A stretch of 64,000 nucleotides of DNA. Origin: an uncultured Gemmatimonadales bacterium. GTDB taxonomy: Bacteria; Gemmatimonadota; Gemmatimonadetes; Gemmatimonadales; Gemmatimonadaceae. The notes under the pieces are model-generated. The model saw nothing but the letters and a program-made list of their open reading frames with translations, was not told where the DNA came from and did not search any database. The first letter of the stretch is position 1. Each line of letters starts with the position of its first letter. This document shows, one piece after another, positions 10,248 to 20,085 of the stretch. The stretch spans positions 512,001 to 576,000 of the forward strand of contig CAWKMU010000004.1 in assembly GCA_963850905.1 (NCBI GenBank). Direction: 5' to 3'. The position numbers were made by a program, and so were the translations under genes.

Positions 10248-11168
10248 ATGACAAAGATTCTGTTTTTCATCGGTATCGTCCTGGCGGCGAGCGGATGGCT
10301 GTCCCCTCCTTTCGCCCTTGCCCTGGGTCTCGCCTATGGCCTCGTGCTCACCCACCCTTTTCAGGAAAGGAGCGTGAGTCTGTCGCGGTTCCTGCTGAAA
10401 GCCTCCGTCGTCGGTCTTGGCTTTGGCATGAACCTCAAGGAACTGGTCAAGACCGGAAGCTCGGGGTTCGTCTACACGGCGATCGGCATCGCGTTCGCCC
10501 TGATCGTTGGAACGGTTCTGGGCCGCACGTTGCGTGTCGGGAAAACGCAATCCTTCCTGATCTGCGCCGGAACCGCGATCTGTGGTGGAAGCGCCATCGC
10601 CGCAATCGGCCCAGTGATGAATGCCAACGAGGAAGAAATGGCAGCGTCGCTAGGTACGATCTTCGTCTTGAACTCCGTGGCCTTGTTTCTCTTTCCCCTG
10701 GTCGGATGGCAACTCCACCTGACCCAGACCGAGTTTGGACTCTGGTCGGCACTGGCAATTCATGACACCAGCTCAGTTGTTGGTGCCGCGGCGAAATACG
10801 GCCCGACCGCGTTGGCGATCGCAACGACTGTAAAGCTTGCCCGAGCGCTCTGGATCGTCCCGGTCACCCTTGGGACTGCCGTCGCAGAGAAGAACAAAGC
10901 GCCAATTCAATGGCCCGGATTCATCGCGCTGTTCGCGATCGCAGCAATGCTGAATAGCCTCCTGCCCCGACTGCATCCGTTGTTTCTCGAACTGAGCACG
11001 CTCGGGCGAGTAGGCTTGAGTGTGACGCTCTTCTTGATCGGCACCGGGATCTCTCGAAAGGTCCTGCAGCGGGTCGGGGTGAGACCCATGATGCAGGGTC
11101 TCGCGCTGTGGATCATCGTGGCGACGCTCTCGCTGTTGGCGATCCGCAGTGGCTTGATTGCTTTGTGA
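10248..11168 (+). CDS. YeiH/UPF0324 putative sulfate exporter family membrane protein
   Basis: GTAICGGSAIAA, AIHDTSSVVGAA and TTVKLAR motifs; about 10 TM segments. Confidence 0.9.
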   Translation: MTKILFFIGIVLAASGWLSPPFALALGLAYGLVLTHPFQERSVSLSRFLLKASVVGLGFGMNLKELVKTGSSGFVYTAIGIAFALIVGTVLGRTLRVGKTQSFLICAGTAICGGSAIAAIGPVMNANEEEMAASLGTIFVLNSVALFLFPLVGWQLHLTQTEFGLWSALAIHDTSSVVGAAAKYGPTALAIATTVKLARALWIVPVTLGTAVAEKNKAPIQWPGFIALFAIAAMLNSLLPRLHPLFLELSTLGRVGLSVTLFLIGTGISRKVLQRVGVRPMMQGLALWIIVATLSLLAIRSGLIAL

Positions 11169-12802
11169 GGCTCACAGGCTTCGCGATTGCCGTCGTTCTA
11201 GGCCTGCCAATTGCGCTCGATGCATGGGTGGTCGGCTCACACGTGGCCTCCGCACCGAGCGGCGCGGCTGAGCCGTCCCCGCACGGGGTGCGGCCGAGTG
11301 GATCTACCACGTTCACGATCCTCCACACCAACGACATCCACGGCAGGATCGAGGAATTTGTCGTCGACACCGGTGATGCCACGGCACAAACGGGCGATCC
11401 GGGTCGCACGCCCCAGGAGTATCCGCGACTCGGCGTGATCGGCGGGTTCCCGCGCCTCGCTGCGGCCGTGCGCGACATACGGCACGCCCGCGGCGCAAGC
11501 AACGTCGTCCTCGTCGATGCCGGAGACGCGTTCGGCGATCAGCTGCTCTCCAATATCACGCGTGGGGAGGCGACCCTACGCTTGATGGATGCGCTGGGCT
11601 ACGCGTTCATGGCCCTCGGCAATCACGACTACGAGTACACGGCCGCCAATACGCGACGGCTGCAGGGCCTCGTCAGATTCCCGATGCGCGCAGCAAACGC
11701 GATCGTACGGGCGACGGGCCAGCCGTTTCTGGGCGACCCGACACTTATCGTTACCGTCGGTGGTGTGCGTGTTGGCCTGCTGGCGCTGACGTATCACAAC
11801 ACGGACCAGACCGAGAACCCGGAAAACACGAAGGACCTACAATTCCAAAGTGGCATAGACGTGGCGGCCAAGTACGTCCCCGAGCTCCGCCGCCGGGCCG
11901 CGGTCGTCGTCGTTGTGTCACATCAGGGCTGGGTGGTCGACAGCCTGCTCGGCCTCCGCGTCCCTGGCATCGACATCATCGTCGGCGGCCACTCGCACGA
12001 TCGCATCCAACCCCCACGGCACGTTGGCGGCGCCTGGATCGTGCAGGCGCTATCCGACGGCTCGGCCCTTGGCGAGCTCACCGTTACGGTGACCGACGGT
12101 CACGTGGCGCGCGTCGATGGCGTGGTGCACGAGCTGTTCGCCGATCAGTACCAGCCAGACGCACGCTTCGCAGCAATGCTCGACAGTCTGCGTGCGCCAT
12201 ACCGCGACACACTCGAAGCCATGATCGCAACAGCTGCGGACCGCATCTCCCGACACTACCAGTCGGAGAGCCCCATCGACGTGCTCGCCGCCGAGATATT
12301 GCGGGAGTACGGCCGAGCGGACGCCGCGTTCCTGCCCGGGTTGGGCTTTGGGGTGACGATTCAACCAGGCCCGATCACCCGCGAGATGCTCGTCGGCCTG
12401 TTCCCGCACCCGACAAGCGTCGTGCATGAGCGACTCACCGGTGCGCAGATCCTGACCGTCCTCGAGCAGAGCGCCACAAACCTGCGGCCGGCCGACGATC
12501 TCGACCGTGTCGGCGGCATGGTGCAAACCGCAGGGATGCGTTGGACGATCGACCTCACGAAGCCTCTGGGCCAACGGATCCGAAACGTGTGGGTGGCCAG
12601 GCGGCGCCTTGACCGGGATACCAGCTACTCGGTGATGACGACTGGTGGATTGCTGCAGGGCACGCATCGCTATACCGTGTTCGCGAAGGGCAGCCACATA
12701 GTGTACGATGAGAAATCGTTCGCCACGGTGCTCGAAGCCGCCCTTCGCGCCAAGACGACCGTGCACGCCCCCCAACCGGGCGCCATAACATTGGCGAGGT
12801 GA
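11165..12802 (+). CDS. Periplasmic 5'-nucleotidase-family metallophosphoesterase with SoxB-like features
   Basis: ILHTNDIHG, DAGD, GNHD, SH.G and GGHSH metal motifs plus a 5'-NT C-domain; GTGA-coupled to yeiH. Confidence 0.85.
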   Translation: MRLTGFAIAVVLGLPIALDAWVVGSHVASAPSGAAEPSPHGVRPSGSTTFTILHTNDIHGRIEEFVVDTGDATAQTGDPGRTPQEYPRLGVIGGFPRLAAAVRDIRHARGASNVVLVDAGDAFGDQLLSNITRGEATLRLMDALGYAFMALGNHDYEYTAANTRRLQGLVRFPMRAANAIVRATGQPFLGDPTLIVTVGGVRVGLLALTYHNTDQTENPENTKDLQFQSGIDVAAKYVPELRRRAAVVVVVSHQGWVVDSLLGLRVPGIDIIVGGHSHDRIQPPRHVGGAWIVQALSDGSALGELTVTVTDGHVARVDGVVHELFADQYQPDARFAAMLDSLRAPYRDTLEAMIATAADRISRHYQSESPIDVLAAEILREYGRADAAFLPGLGFGVTIQPGPITREMLVGLFPHPTSVVHERLTGAQILTVLEQSATNLRPADDLDRVGGMVQTAGMRWTIDLTKPLGQRIRNVWVARRRLDRDTSYSVMTTGGLLQGTHRYTVFAKGSHIVYDEKSFATVLEAALRAKTTVHAPQPGAITLAR

Positions 12803-12813
12803 AGCGATGCCCC

Positions 12814-12855
12814 CAGTGTCCAACGTCTAGCGTCTAACGTCCAGCGTCTCACGTC
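12814..12855 (+). repeat. Heptamer tandem array (YARCGTC, about 6 units)
   Basis: cagtgtc caacgtc tagcgtc taacgtc cagcgtc tcacgtc. Confidence 0.75.
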
Positions 12856-12875
12856 CTTCTCACCCGGAGTAGCTG

Positions 12876-13583
12876 ATGGCAGACCAAACCCACGTTCGCG
12901 ACACGGTATCTGCTCGCCGCGGTTTTATCGGCCGGCTCCTCGCTGGCACCGCCAGCTTGGTAGCCGTCGCTGTGACGACACCGGTCCTCGAAGCGGCGAC
13001 CACGGTGGGATCCGGGGGCCCACGGCCCGCCGCTCCTGGGGACGACTGGATGAAGGCCCTGACAGCGCCGCACCGCACGGTGTTCGACGTGACGGGCCAT
13101 AAGAACGGAAAGCCCCTCACTCAGGCGAAGAACTTCCTCGATGCGTGGCGCGACGCGTTCAAGATTCCTGAGCACGACGTGAATCTCGTCATCGGGATCC
13201 ATGGAGAAGCGGCTCCGCTCGTGCTCAACGACGCCCTGTGGGAGCGCTACACGATCGGCCAGCGATACCAGGTGACGGACGGCGAGACGAAGGGCGCAGC
13301 GACCCGAAACGTGTTTGTATCCACTCATGCGGCGGCCGCAGGTCTCGTGACGCCTGAGCAGTCTGTCGAGGCGCTCCAGCAGCGAGGCGTCCAGTTCGTC
13401 ATCTGCATGAACACGATCGCCAACACCACGAAGAAGTTGGCCGCGGACGGTCTGGGTGCGCCGGACCAGATCCATGCGGCCCTCCTGGCGGGCCTGCTGC
13501 CGGGGGTGATCACGGTGCCCGCGATGAACGTCGCGCTGACGCAGTTGCAGGAGCGCGGGGTGAAATACGAGAAGCTCGACTAA
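12876..13583 (+). CDS. Tat-exported DsrE/DsrF-like protein
   Basis: ARRGFIG twin-arginine signal; HRTVFD, VIGIHG, LQQRGVQFVICMNT and LTQLQERG.KY resemble the DsrE fold with its conserved Cys. Confidence 0.65.
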   Translation: MADQTHVRDTVSARRGFIGRLLAGTASLVAVAVTTPVLEAATTVGSGGPRPAAPGDDWMKALTAPHRTVFDVTGHKNGKPLTQAKNFLDAWRDAFKIPEHDVNLVIGIHGEAAPLVLNDALWERYTIGQRYQVTDGETKGAATRNVFVSTHAAAAGLVTPEQSVEALQQRGVQFVICMNTIANTTKKLAADGLGAPDQIHAALLAGLLPGVITVPAMNVALTQLQERGVKYEKLD

Positions 13584-13613
13584 TGCTCTCTCTCGACTAG
13601 TGCTCTCTTCTCT

Positions 13614-13640
13614 ATTGTTGGCCGCTGTGCGGCCAACAAT
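13614..13640. terminator. 12-bp perfect hairpin, family B copy 1
   Basis: ATTGTTGGCCGC-tgt-GCGGCCAACAAT. Confidence 0.65.
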
Positions 13641-13660
13641 CGGCTAGGTTACGCACCACA

Positions 13661-15142
13661 ATGCATCGAAACCCCACCACCGCGCCGGCCAGCAACGCCG
13701 CCGGCTTCGCCACGCTTCCCCTCCACCGCGACCTACTCGCGGGTGTCACCGAGCTGGGCTTCGTCCGCCCGACACCGATCCAGGCCGATGCCATCCCACC
13801 AGCGCTCGGTGGGCGCGATGTGCTCGCCTGCGCAATGACGGGGAGCGGCAAGACAGCGGCATTCCTGCTGCCTATCCTGCACCAGCTTCTGCGTCATCCC
13901 CGCGACGCGAAGCACGGGACCACGCGGGCGCTCGTGCTCACGCCCACGCGTGAGTTGGCGACACAGATCGTCGATGAGCTGAATGCGCTTGCCGTCCACA
14001 CGCCCGTCACCGCGGCCGCAGTGATCGGCGGCGTGGGTATGGGGCCGCAGGAGCACGCGTTCCGGAGCGGGGTCGATGTGATCGTCGCTACCCCGGGTCG
14101 CCTACTCGACCACTTGTCCCATCCCTACGCGCGGCTGGACCGCATCGAGCACCTGGTGCTCGACGAGGCCGATCGGATGCTCGACATGGGGTTTCTCCCC
14201 GACATCCGGCGTATACTGAGCCGCCTGCCCGCGCGGCGGCAAACGCTGTTCTTCAGCGCGACGATGCCGGCGCCGATCCGCGAGTTGAGTGCATCCATGA
14301 TGCGCAACCCGGCGATGATCAACCTGGAGCGCCGGTCGGCACCGGCCGTTGGTATTACGCAGGCGGTGTACCCGGTCCCGCAGCAGCTCAAGTCGGCGCT
14401 GCTATTGGCCCTCCTGCAGCGCGGAGTGATGCAGCAGGCGCTGGTGTTTACGCGCACCAAGCATCGGGCCAACCGGCTGTGGGCGTTGCTCGACGGAGCG
14501 GGCATCAGCGCCGCCCGTATCCACGGGCGCCGCTCACAGGCACAGCGGACCGATGCGCTCGACAGCTTCAAGGATGGCCGCTACCGCGTCCTGGTCGCGA
14601 CCGACATCGCGGCCCGTGGTATCGACATTGAGGCGCTCGGCCATGTCGTGAACTTTGACGTGCCAGCCGCGCCCGAGGATTACATCCACCGGGTCGGACG
14701 CACGGCACGGGCGGAGACCACCGGCGAAGCGTTCACGTTCGCCGCGCCCGAGGAATCGGGCGACGTGCGGGCAATCGAGCGCGCGATCGGGAAGGCATTG
14801 CCCATCGTCACCCTGCCCGACTTCGACTACGCCGCCAAAACGACGGCCCACCTCGAAATACCGATCGCGCAGCGTCTCGCGGCGATCCGCGCCCAGCGTG
14901 CCACCGCGCGCGCGCGCGCCAAAGAGAAGGAAGAGCGTCGCGCTTCGGGCAGCCGCACGAGCGGCGGCAACACCGGGACCGGCGCCTCTCACGATGGCCG
15001 TGCCGCCCCCGCCCGCGGTCACACGCCCGCGCAGCGACCGGCGTCCTCCGCGCACCATCCAGATGGCTCGACCCAGTCAGCTCGGCGCCGATACCGCGGG
15101 GGCAGAGGCCGCCCACCGCAAGGCCGCGGTGGCGGCCGGTGA
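13661..15142 (+). CDS. rhlE: DEAD-box RNA helicase (RhlE-like)
   Basis: Q motif, TGSGKT, PTRELA, TPGRL, DEAD, SAT, ARGID and HRVGRTAR; basic Gly/Arg-rich tail. Confidence 0.9.
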   Translation: MHRNPTTAPASNAAGFATLPLHRDLLAGVTELGFVRPTPIQADAIPPALGGRDVLACAMTGSGKTAAFLLPILHQLLRHPRDAKHGTTRALVLTPTRELATQIVDELNALAVHTPVTAAAVIGGVGMGPQEHAFRSGVDVIVATPGRLLDHLSHPYARLDRIEHLVLDEADRMLDMGFLPDIRRILSRLPARRQTLFFSATMPAPIRELSASMMRNPAMINLERRSAPAVGITQAVYPVPQQLKSALLLALLQRGVMQQALVFTRTKHRANRLWALLDGAGISAARIHGRRSQAQRTDALDSFKDGRYRVLVATDIAARGIDIEALGHVVNFDVPAAPEDYIHRVGRTARAETTGEAFTFAAPEESGDVRAIERAIGKALPIVTLPDFDYAAKTTAHLEIPIAQRLAAIRAQRATARARAKEKEERRASGSRTSGGNTGTGASHDGRAAPARGHTPAQRPASSAHHPDGSTQSARRRYRGGRGRPPQGRGGGR

Positions 15143-15224
15143 CGCGTCCTTAGGGGGCCCGTAGCACCGTCTGCAACTGTCCGCCTCGCAAGCATGCCTT
15201 GATCATCGAAAGCGAATACGCGCA

Positions 15225-16838
15225 TCAATGCGGGGCGTGCTTATGCGCGGAATCGTTCGGCATGCCGCCGCTCTGCTGCAACGGGACGAGCCCTTTGTAG
15301 ATGGGGTTCATCGGCCCTGGGAAATAGACGATAGCGTACAAATAGTTCTGCACGAGATTCGTGCCCTCAAAGCCGTTTCCGAATGAGAAATTCCACTCAA
15401 AACCGTTCGCGGGTCCTTGCGTCTCACAAGGGGATTGGGCGGTGCGCGCTTCGCACGCCCAGTAGAGATACGGCTGAATGTTGTGGAAGGAGCCAAGCTT
15501 GACGTCGGGAGTGCTGACGACGGGTGTCCCTGCAGGGAACGCGAGCTCGTCGTAGTACAAATGCCCCATCGGACTCGCAGTGCAGCTGAAACCAGTAGTG
15601 CCTTTCATGCTACAGGACGGGTCAGACGGCCCGGTTTCGGGCAGGTCCCAATGCGTGAACCCAAGGTATCCGTGGCCGTTATCAGCCTTGTTCATGGCGT
15701 CGATCCACAGGACCGCGGTGTTGTGATCCATCGAACCGTCCGGACTGATGCCCGAGACACCGAAGGTTTGTTTGGCGGCCAGATTGGCGTCCGCGAGCCA
15801 CGTCACGTCTGAAACGGGGTCGTAGACGGTCTGTCCGCCTGGATTGAGTTGCAACCTCGTGCCGTTAGCGGGGGGCGGCGTAGCGGCCAGCTTGCCTTTG
15901 ATCATCGGCAGCACGTATAGCTGATTTCGCGATACGTTGGCTCCCTGAAATCCCGTATTGAACGAAAAACTTACAAACCCTTGTGTCGGATTCGCCGCCG
16001 CGGACTTCGACCAGTACAAGTAGGGTTGGAAATTGCCGAACGGACCCGTGGTACTGCCGGGAATTTGAACGGCTGTGCTGGGCTCCTGCAGACGCATTGT
16101 ATTGTAGTAAAGAGATCCGAGTGCACTGCCCGAGCAGTGGAACCCGAAGGACTCGCCCTGGGCCCCCGTGCGGTCGCAGTGGGAATCGTTCTGCGGGGCC
16201 GTTGGCAGTTGCCAGTTGTTGTGACCCAGGTATCCGCCGCCCTTGTTGAATGCGTTCAGGGCTTGAACCCAGAGGACCGCCGTCTGATAGGTCATCGAAC
16301 CGCTCTTATTGATGCCCGACACTCCAAAGGTCTGCTTGGCGGCCAGATTGCCGTCCGCCAACCACGAGACGTTCAAATGGCTATCGTACACCACCTGGCC
16401 GTCGGTGGCGGGCGGAAATTGGCGGGGCTGACCTGACGTAACTTGAGGGCTCTCAACGCCGCCGTCGGGCACCGCGGCCGCGCCGGCGGTCGGTGCCTTA
16501 AGACTTGCGGTCGGCGGTGGCTGGCCAGCTGCTGAGATTGGCCCTTGCCCGAAACGCGGATTCCTCGCTTTGCAAGCTGTCACGACTTCCGGAGCTACCT
16601 GCGGCAACGGCCGCGCCGCAGCCACCGGCTGAGCTATACCCTGCATGATGGGGATGACGCAGTCGACCTGCAGCCCGGTCCCGCTGGCGACGCCGCCCTG
16701 CGTGAAACCCGCGGCCGTGCAGGCCGCGGTGATTTGATCGCACGGTCTCGAATTCTCAGGTGGCTGGGCCGCCAAACGACCTGCCACCCCGACGACCAGC
16801 AAGGATAGGCCGGCAATTGCAATCGATACTGAGGACAT
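15225..16838 (-). CDS. Secreted protein with Cys-rich N-domain and two tandem DUF1566 (Lcl-C)-like domains
   Basis: Signal peptide; duplicated VYD....WLAD.NLAAKQTFGVSGI..GSM....A..W...N...YLG...W.LP ... N.QPYLYW ... FSF..GF. Confidence 0.7.
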   Translation of the reverse strand: MSSVSIAIAGLSLLVVGVAGRLAAQPPENSRPCDQITAACTAAGFTQGGVASGTGLQVDCVIPIMQGIAQPVAAARPLPQVAPEVVTACKARNPRFGQGPISAAGQPPPTASLKAPTAGAAAVPDGGVESPQVTSGQPRQFPPATDGQVVYDSHLNVSWLADGNLAAKQTFGVSGINKSGSMTYQTAVLWVQALNAFNKGGGYLGHNNWQLPTAPQNDSHCDRTGAQGESFGFHCSGSALGSLYYNTMRLQEPSTAVQIPGSTTGPFGNFQPYLYWSKSAAANPTQGFVSFSFNTGFQGANVSRNQLYVLPMIKGKLAATPPPANGTRLQLNPGGQTVYDPVSDVTWLADANLAAKQTFGVSGISPDGSMDHNTAVLWIDAMNKADNGHGYLGFTHWDLPETGPSDPSCSMKGTTGFSCTASPMGHLYYDELAFPAGTPVVSTPDVKLGSFHNIQPYLYWACEARTAQSPCETQGPANGFEWNFSFGNGFEGTNLVQNYLYAIVYFPGPMNPIYKGLVPLQQSGGMPNDSAHKHAPH

Positions 16839-17125
16839 CGTCAGGGATCCGGTGACCGGCGCTTCTTTATGAAAGCCCCTCCCCAAGAAACGGGAGGCTG
16901 CATCGGCCGAGTAGGAAAACGCGCGTTGATCCGAATGGATGCTGGGCGCTCGCCAATGCTACGTCACCGTCAATGGCACGTCCAATACTTTGTGTCGAGC
17001 GCGCCGATAGGTGACGGCTATGCACTGATCTCGCTCGAGACTGCCATCTCCGGACACGCAAGCTGCTGGACCAACGCTCGAAGGCGCTCGCCTGGGGCGG
17101 TGCACCGTGACCGGCCCTTGGACCG

Positions 17126-17150
17126 GTAGGGGCGACGCAGTGCGTCGCCC
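17126..17150 (+). repeat. GTAG-type REP palindrome, copy 2
   Basis: GTAG + GGGCGACGCA-g-TGCGTCGCCC. Confidence 0.8.
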
Positions 17151-17179
17151 GTTGTTGTCGGTGCGGTTGTCGGCCGGCG

Positions 17180-18760
17180 CTACTGGACCTCGACGGCCCC
17201 CGCCGTACACGCCGACGCCCGCCCGGCGCCGCGTTGATCGGTCGACGGGCAATGTCGTCCGATCCCGATCGCCGGACTACCAGCGGCCGGCAACATCGTT
17301 TCGGTGACGCCACCGTTGTTCTGAAGTGTGCCCAGGGACGGATCGGCGACCAGCGTGGTCGGCGTGCAGAGCGCACTGGGCGCATCTGAGCCGCCACCGG
17401 CGCGCACGACTGGGTACTGGATATCGCCACCGCCATCCCCGAGCGTCGCGCCGCAGTTGATCGGATTGTACCCATTGCCGACTGTATTGTCCGCCACGAT
17501 CGAGTTCTGCAAGATGAGATGTGTCGATCCGAAGGCGATGCCTCCATCGAACGACACAGGTCCCGGCGCGTGGTTGCCAGCGATCGTCACATTGAGCAGC
17601 GTCCCGCTCACGTTGCCGTCGACGAAGATCCCCCCGCCAAGACCGGTGAGCGCTGTGTTACCGGCGATCGTCGTGTTGGTCAGGTTCGCCGTCGATAGTG
17701 GACCGATGAAGAACCCGCCGGCAGTGCCAGCGGAGTTGTTGGAGATCGTGCTGGCGGACATGGTGATCGTCGTCCCCTGCAGATAGAGACCGCCCGCCGC
17801 GCTCGAGCTGCTGGGCGCGATCACGTTCGAGTCGAGACTCGTCCGGTCAATGATCGTGGGTTCGGTCCCCAAATACGCGACACGAAAGATGCCGCCGCCG
17901 AACGCGTCGCCTGTGTCCGACACTAACCGGTCACCGCAGAACGTGATCGTCGTGCCCTTGCCATCGATGGAGACGCCACCGCCATTGCCGCCGTTGCCGG
18001 GGTTCCCGCCCGTCCCAGTGGCTCTATTCCCAGTGAGGCGGCTGTTCACGAGCGTGAAATTGTTGCCGAGGTTGCCGATCGCGCCGCCGTTGCTGGCCGT
18101 GTTGCGAGTGAAGAGACTCCCGACGACCGTCGTGGGTCCGTTGCCAATTGAGTAGATCGCGCCGCCAGCAACGTCCTGGCCAGTGACCGGGCCATGGTTA
18201 TCGTCGAACGTGGCGTTGATGACCGTCAACGATCCGCCAAGTCTGAAGATCGCCGCGCCGCCGGAGTCGAGACCGGTGGTGTTGGCGACGTCGGTCGTGT
18301 ACCCGTGGCTGAATGTGATGTTTTGTACCGTGAGAGCAGGGTTGGTGACGTTGTAGTACGTCCGGATCGCGAGAATGCCGTGGGCATTGCCGCCGTCCAA
18401 CGCGATCAGACCTCCGCCGTCAATCACGGTGTTCTGGGTGACGAGGTGTTGTCTCGTCATGGGAATCGTGATCGGCTCCGATCCGCAGTCGAACGTGATC
18501 GTACCGCCGGCCGCGAGCGCTGCCGCAAAGCTCGCTTCGGTGCAACTCGCGGCGGTACCCGTCCCGACCACTGTGGTGGGATGCGAAACGTTGGCTGGTG
18601 TGACCGGCGACGTGCACGTCGTCAGGCCACTCCCGGGAGGCCCTGGTGGCGGGCTACCGTGTCCCGGCATCGTGACCGCATCGCTGCCGCAAGCCGTTGA
18701 AGCGACCAGAAGCGCGGCAACGGTGAATCGGTCGAGGAGGGGCATACTTCGAGACGCCAC
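17180..18760 (-). CDS. Right-handed beta-helix (Pmp-like GGAI repeats) lipoprotein with choice-of-anchor-Q-like C-terminus
   Basis: Lipobox-like ASTAC; repeated GGAI/GGGI and F..N motifs; C-terminal DP.LG.LQNNGG.T.T...GSPAI..G...DQRG..R. Confidence 0.75.
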   Translation of the reverse strand: MASRSMPLLDRFTVAALLVASTACGSDAVTMPGHGSPPPGPPGSGLTTCTSPVTPANVSHPTTVVGTGTAASCTEASFAAALAAGGTITFDCGSEPITIPMTRQHLVTQNTVIDGGGLIALDGGNAHGILAIRTYYNVTNPALTVQNITFSHGYTTDVANTTGLDSGGAAIFRLGGSLTVINATFDDNHGPVTGQDVAGGAIYSIGNGPTTVVGSLFTRNTASNGGAIGNLGNNFTLVNSRLTGNRATGTGGNPGNGGNGGGVSIDGKGTTITFCGDRLVSDTGDAFGGGIFRVAYLGTEPTIIDRTSLDSNVIAPSSSSAAGGLYLQGTTITMSASTISNNSAGTAGGFFIGPLSTANLTNTTIAGNTALTGLGGGIFVDGNVSGTLLNVTIAGNHAPGPVSFDGGIAFGSTHLILQNSIVADNTVGNGYNPINCGATLGDGGGDIQYPVVRAGGGSDAPSALCTPTTLVADPSLGTLQNNGGVTETMLPAAGSPAIGIGRHCPSTDQRGAGRASACTAGAVEVQ

Positions 18761-18842
18761 GATCTAGGTGGCGGTCACGTCGCCATGCGTCCTCGGTTCC
18801 CGCGTCCTTCTCTACGCCGTTCCCCGTTCAGAGAGGAGATGC

Positions 18843-19046
18843 TCACACAATGAACGCGCCGCGCCCCCCCTCGAGCACGGCCAACACGGCCCTCTGGCTC
18901 GGCTCGGGCAGGGTTGCCAGCTTGGCGTCCTTGCTCCCGCCATCTATGAACGAGAACACGACGGTCTCGTCGCTCCGCTCAATACGCGTGACATGATCCA
19001 TGTTGATCGCGAGGGTCGAGTCGAGACGCAACCAGTTCGCAGCCAT
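18843..19046 (-). CDS. Small hypothetical protein (67 aa)
   Basis: GGAGA RBS before ATG 19046; WLRL...AINMDHVTRIE reads like a beta-rich domain. Confidence 0.55.
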   Translation of the reverse strand: MAANWLRLDSTLAINMDHVTRIERSDETVVFSFIDGGSKDAKLATLPEPSQRAVLAVLEGGRGAFIV

Positions 19047-19450
19047 GAAGTCTCCGGAGAGCGTGTGGCGCGTAACGTAGCGCCAGTCGCGCGGCTGGGT
19101 AACGTTCACACGAATCGACTCTGCTCGCAGCCAACGCGGGCCTCACCGCCGCGCGGTGTTCCGGCAGGTCAAGCGGCGCGAGGCCGTGCCAGCACGCAGC
19201 CTCTGCAACGCGCTGCCGTCCCACGGTCTCCATCCGGTGATTTTTTGGGCCACGACATGGTCCGAGCACCGCAACTCGCCCTAGGCACTTGAGCGATACG
19301 AGCCGTCCCGCGCCGCTTCCTATCTTCCAACGGCCGGGAACAAGCGAAAGAGGAAGCACGCTCCCTTCGCGTGGCTCGTAGGTCGCGAAGGGGGCGCAGC
19401 CTCATTGTCGACGGGACGTTCAGCGAAGTCACAGAGGGAGAAAGAAAACA

Positions 19451-20060
19451 ATGGCCACGCACGTGATGCCAAAAAATGGGCCGCAGCCACAGGTGGCCGG
19501 GCCCCCACCGGAAGCTGACTGGACGAAGCCGCGAGCGATGGCGATCCCGAAACAGGGCTACTTCACCGTCGAGCAGGGACGATACGGGCCGGTCTTCCCC
19601 CGAACGCCGGCCTGTTACGGATTCACGATCATCGCGAAGATCAAGCCGGGGACGGAAGACGACATCCGACAATACGGTAAGAAGCTGGAGACTGCGGTCG
19701 GCGGTGACCCCAACGTGCTTGCCTCGCTTCAACTGCATTACCTGCGATGGGTGTTGTTCGACATCGGCCCGGACAAGTACTTCATGTATCAGGGAATCTT
19801 CGACACTGACTTCGACAAGTACGTTGAGGACGCAGTCGCTATTTTTGCTCAGACGGGAATCACGACGGTCTTCGAGAAGCTCGACGGATTTCCGGAGGAT
19901 TGGAAGACGAATGCTCCCGCCTTTATCAAGTTCGTCCGCCAACATCAGTGTCCCAGTTTCCTGGAATACGGCGAGTACCCGTACGTCACGGCGGGCGAGA
20001 TCAAGAAGGCCCTGAAATTGAAGCAGGCCTTCGCCGAGATGCTCGACCAGAATGCAGTAA
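19451..20060 (+). CDS. Conserved hypothetical protein, first gene of the DyP operon (probable dimeric alpha+beta barrel)
   Basis: Purine-rich RBS; LHYLRWVLFD..FMYQGIFDTDFDKYVED; deleting one A at about 20051 gives MLDQMQ* ending at 20060, otherwise the ORF runs to 20131 into the DyP. Confidence 0.7.
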
Positions 20061-20085
20061 CGCCGGCGCACCAGAAACCCGCTGA

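Noticed and set aside
11165..12802. Calling the gene soxB outright
   Set aside because: It keeps GNHD, no other sox genes are present, and the similarity was judged by eye only
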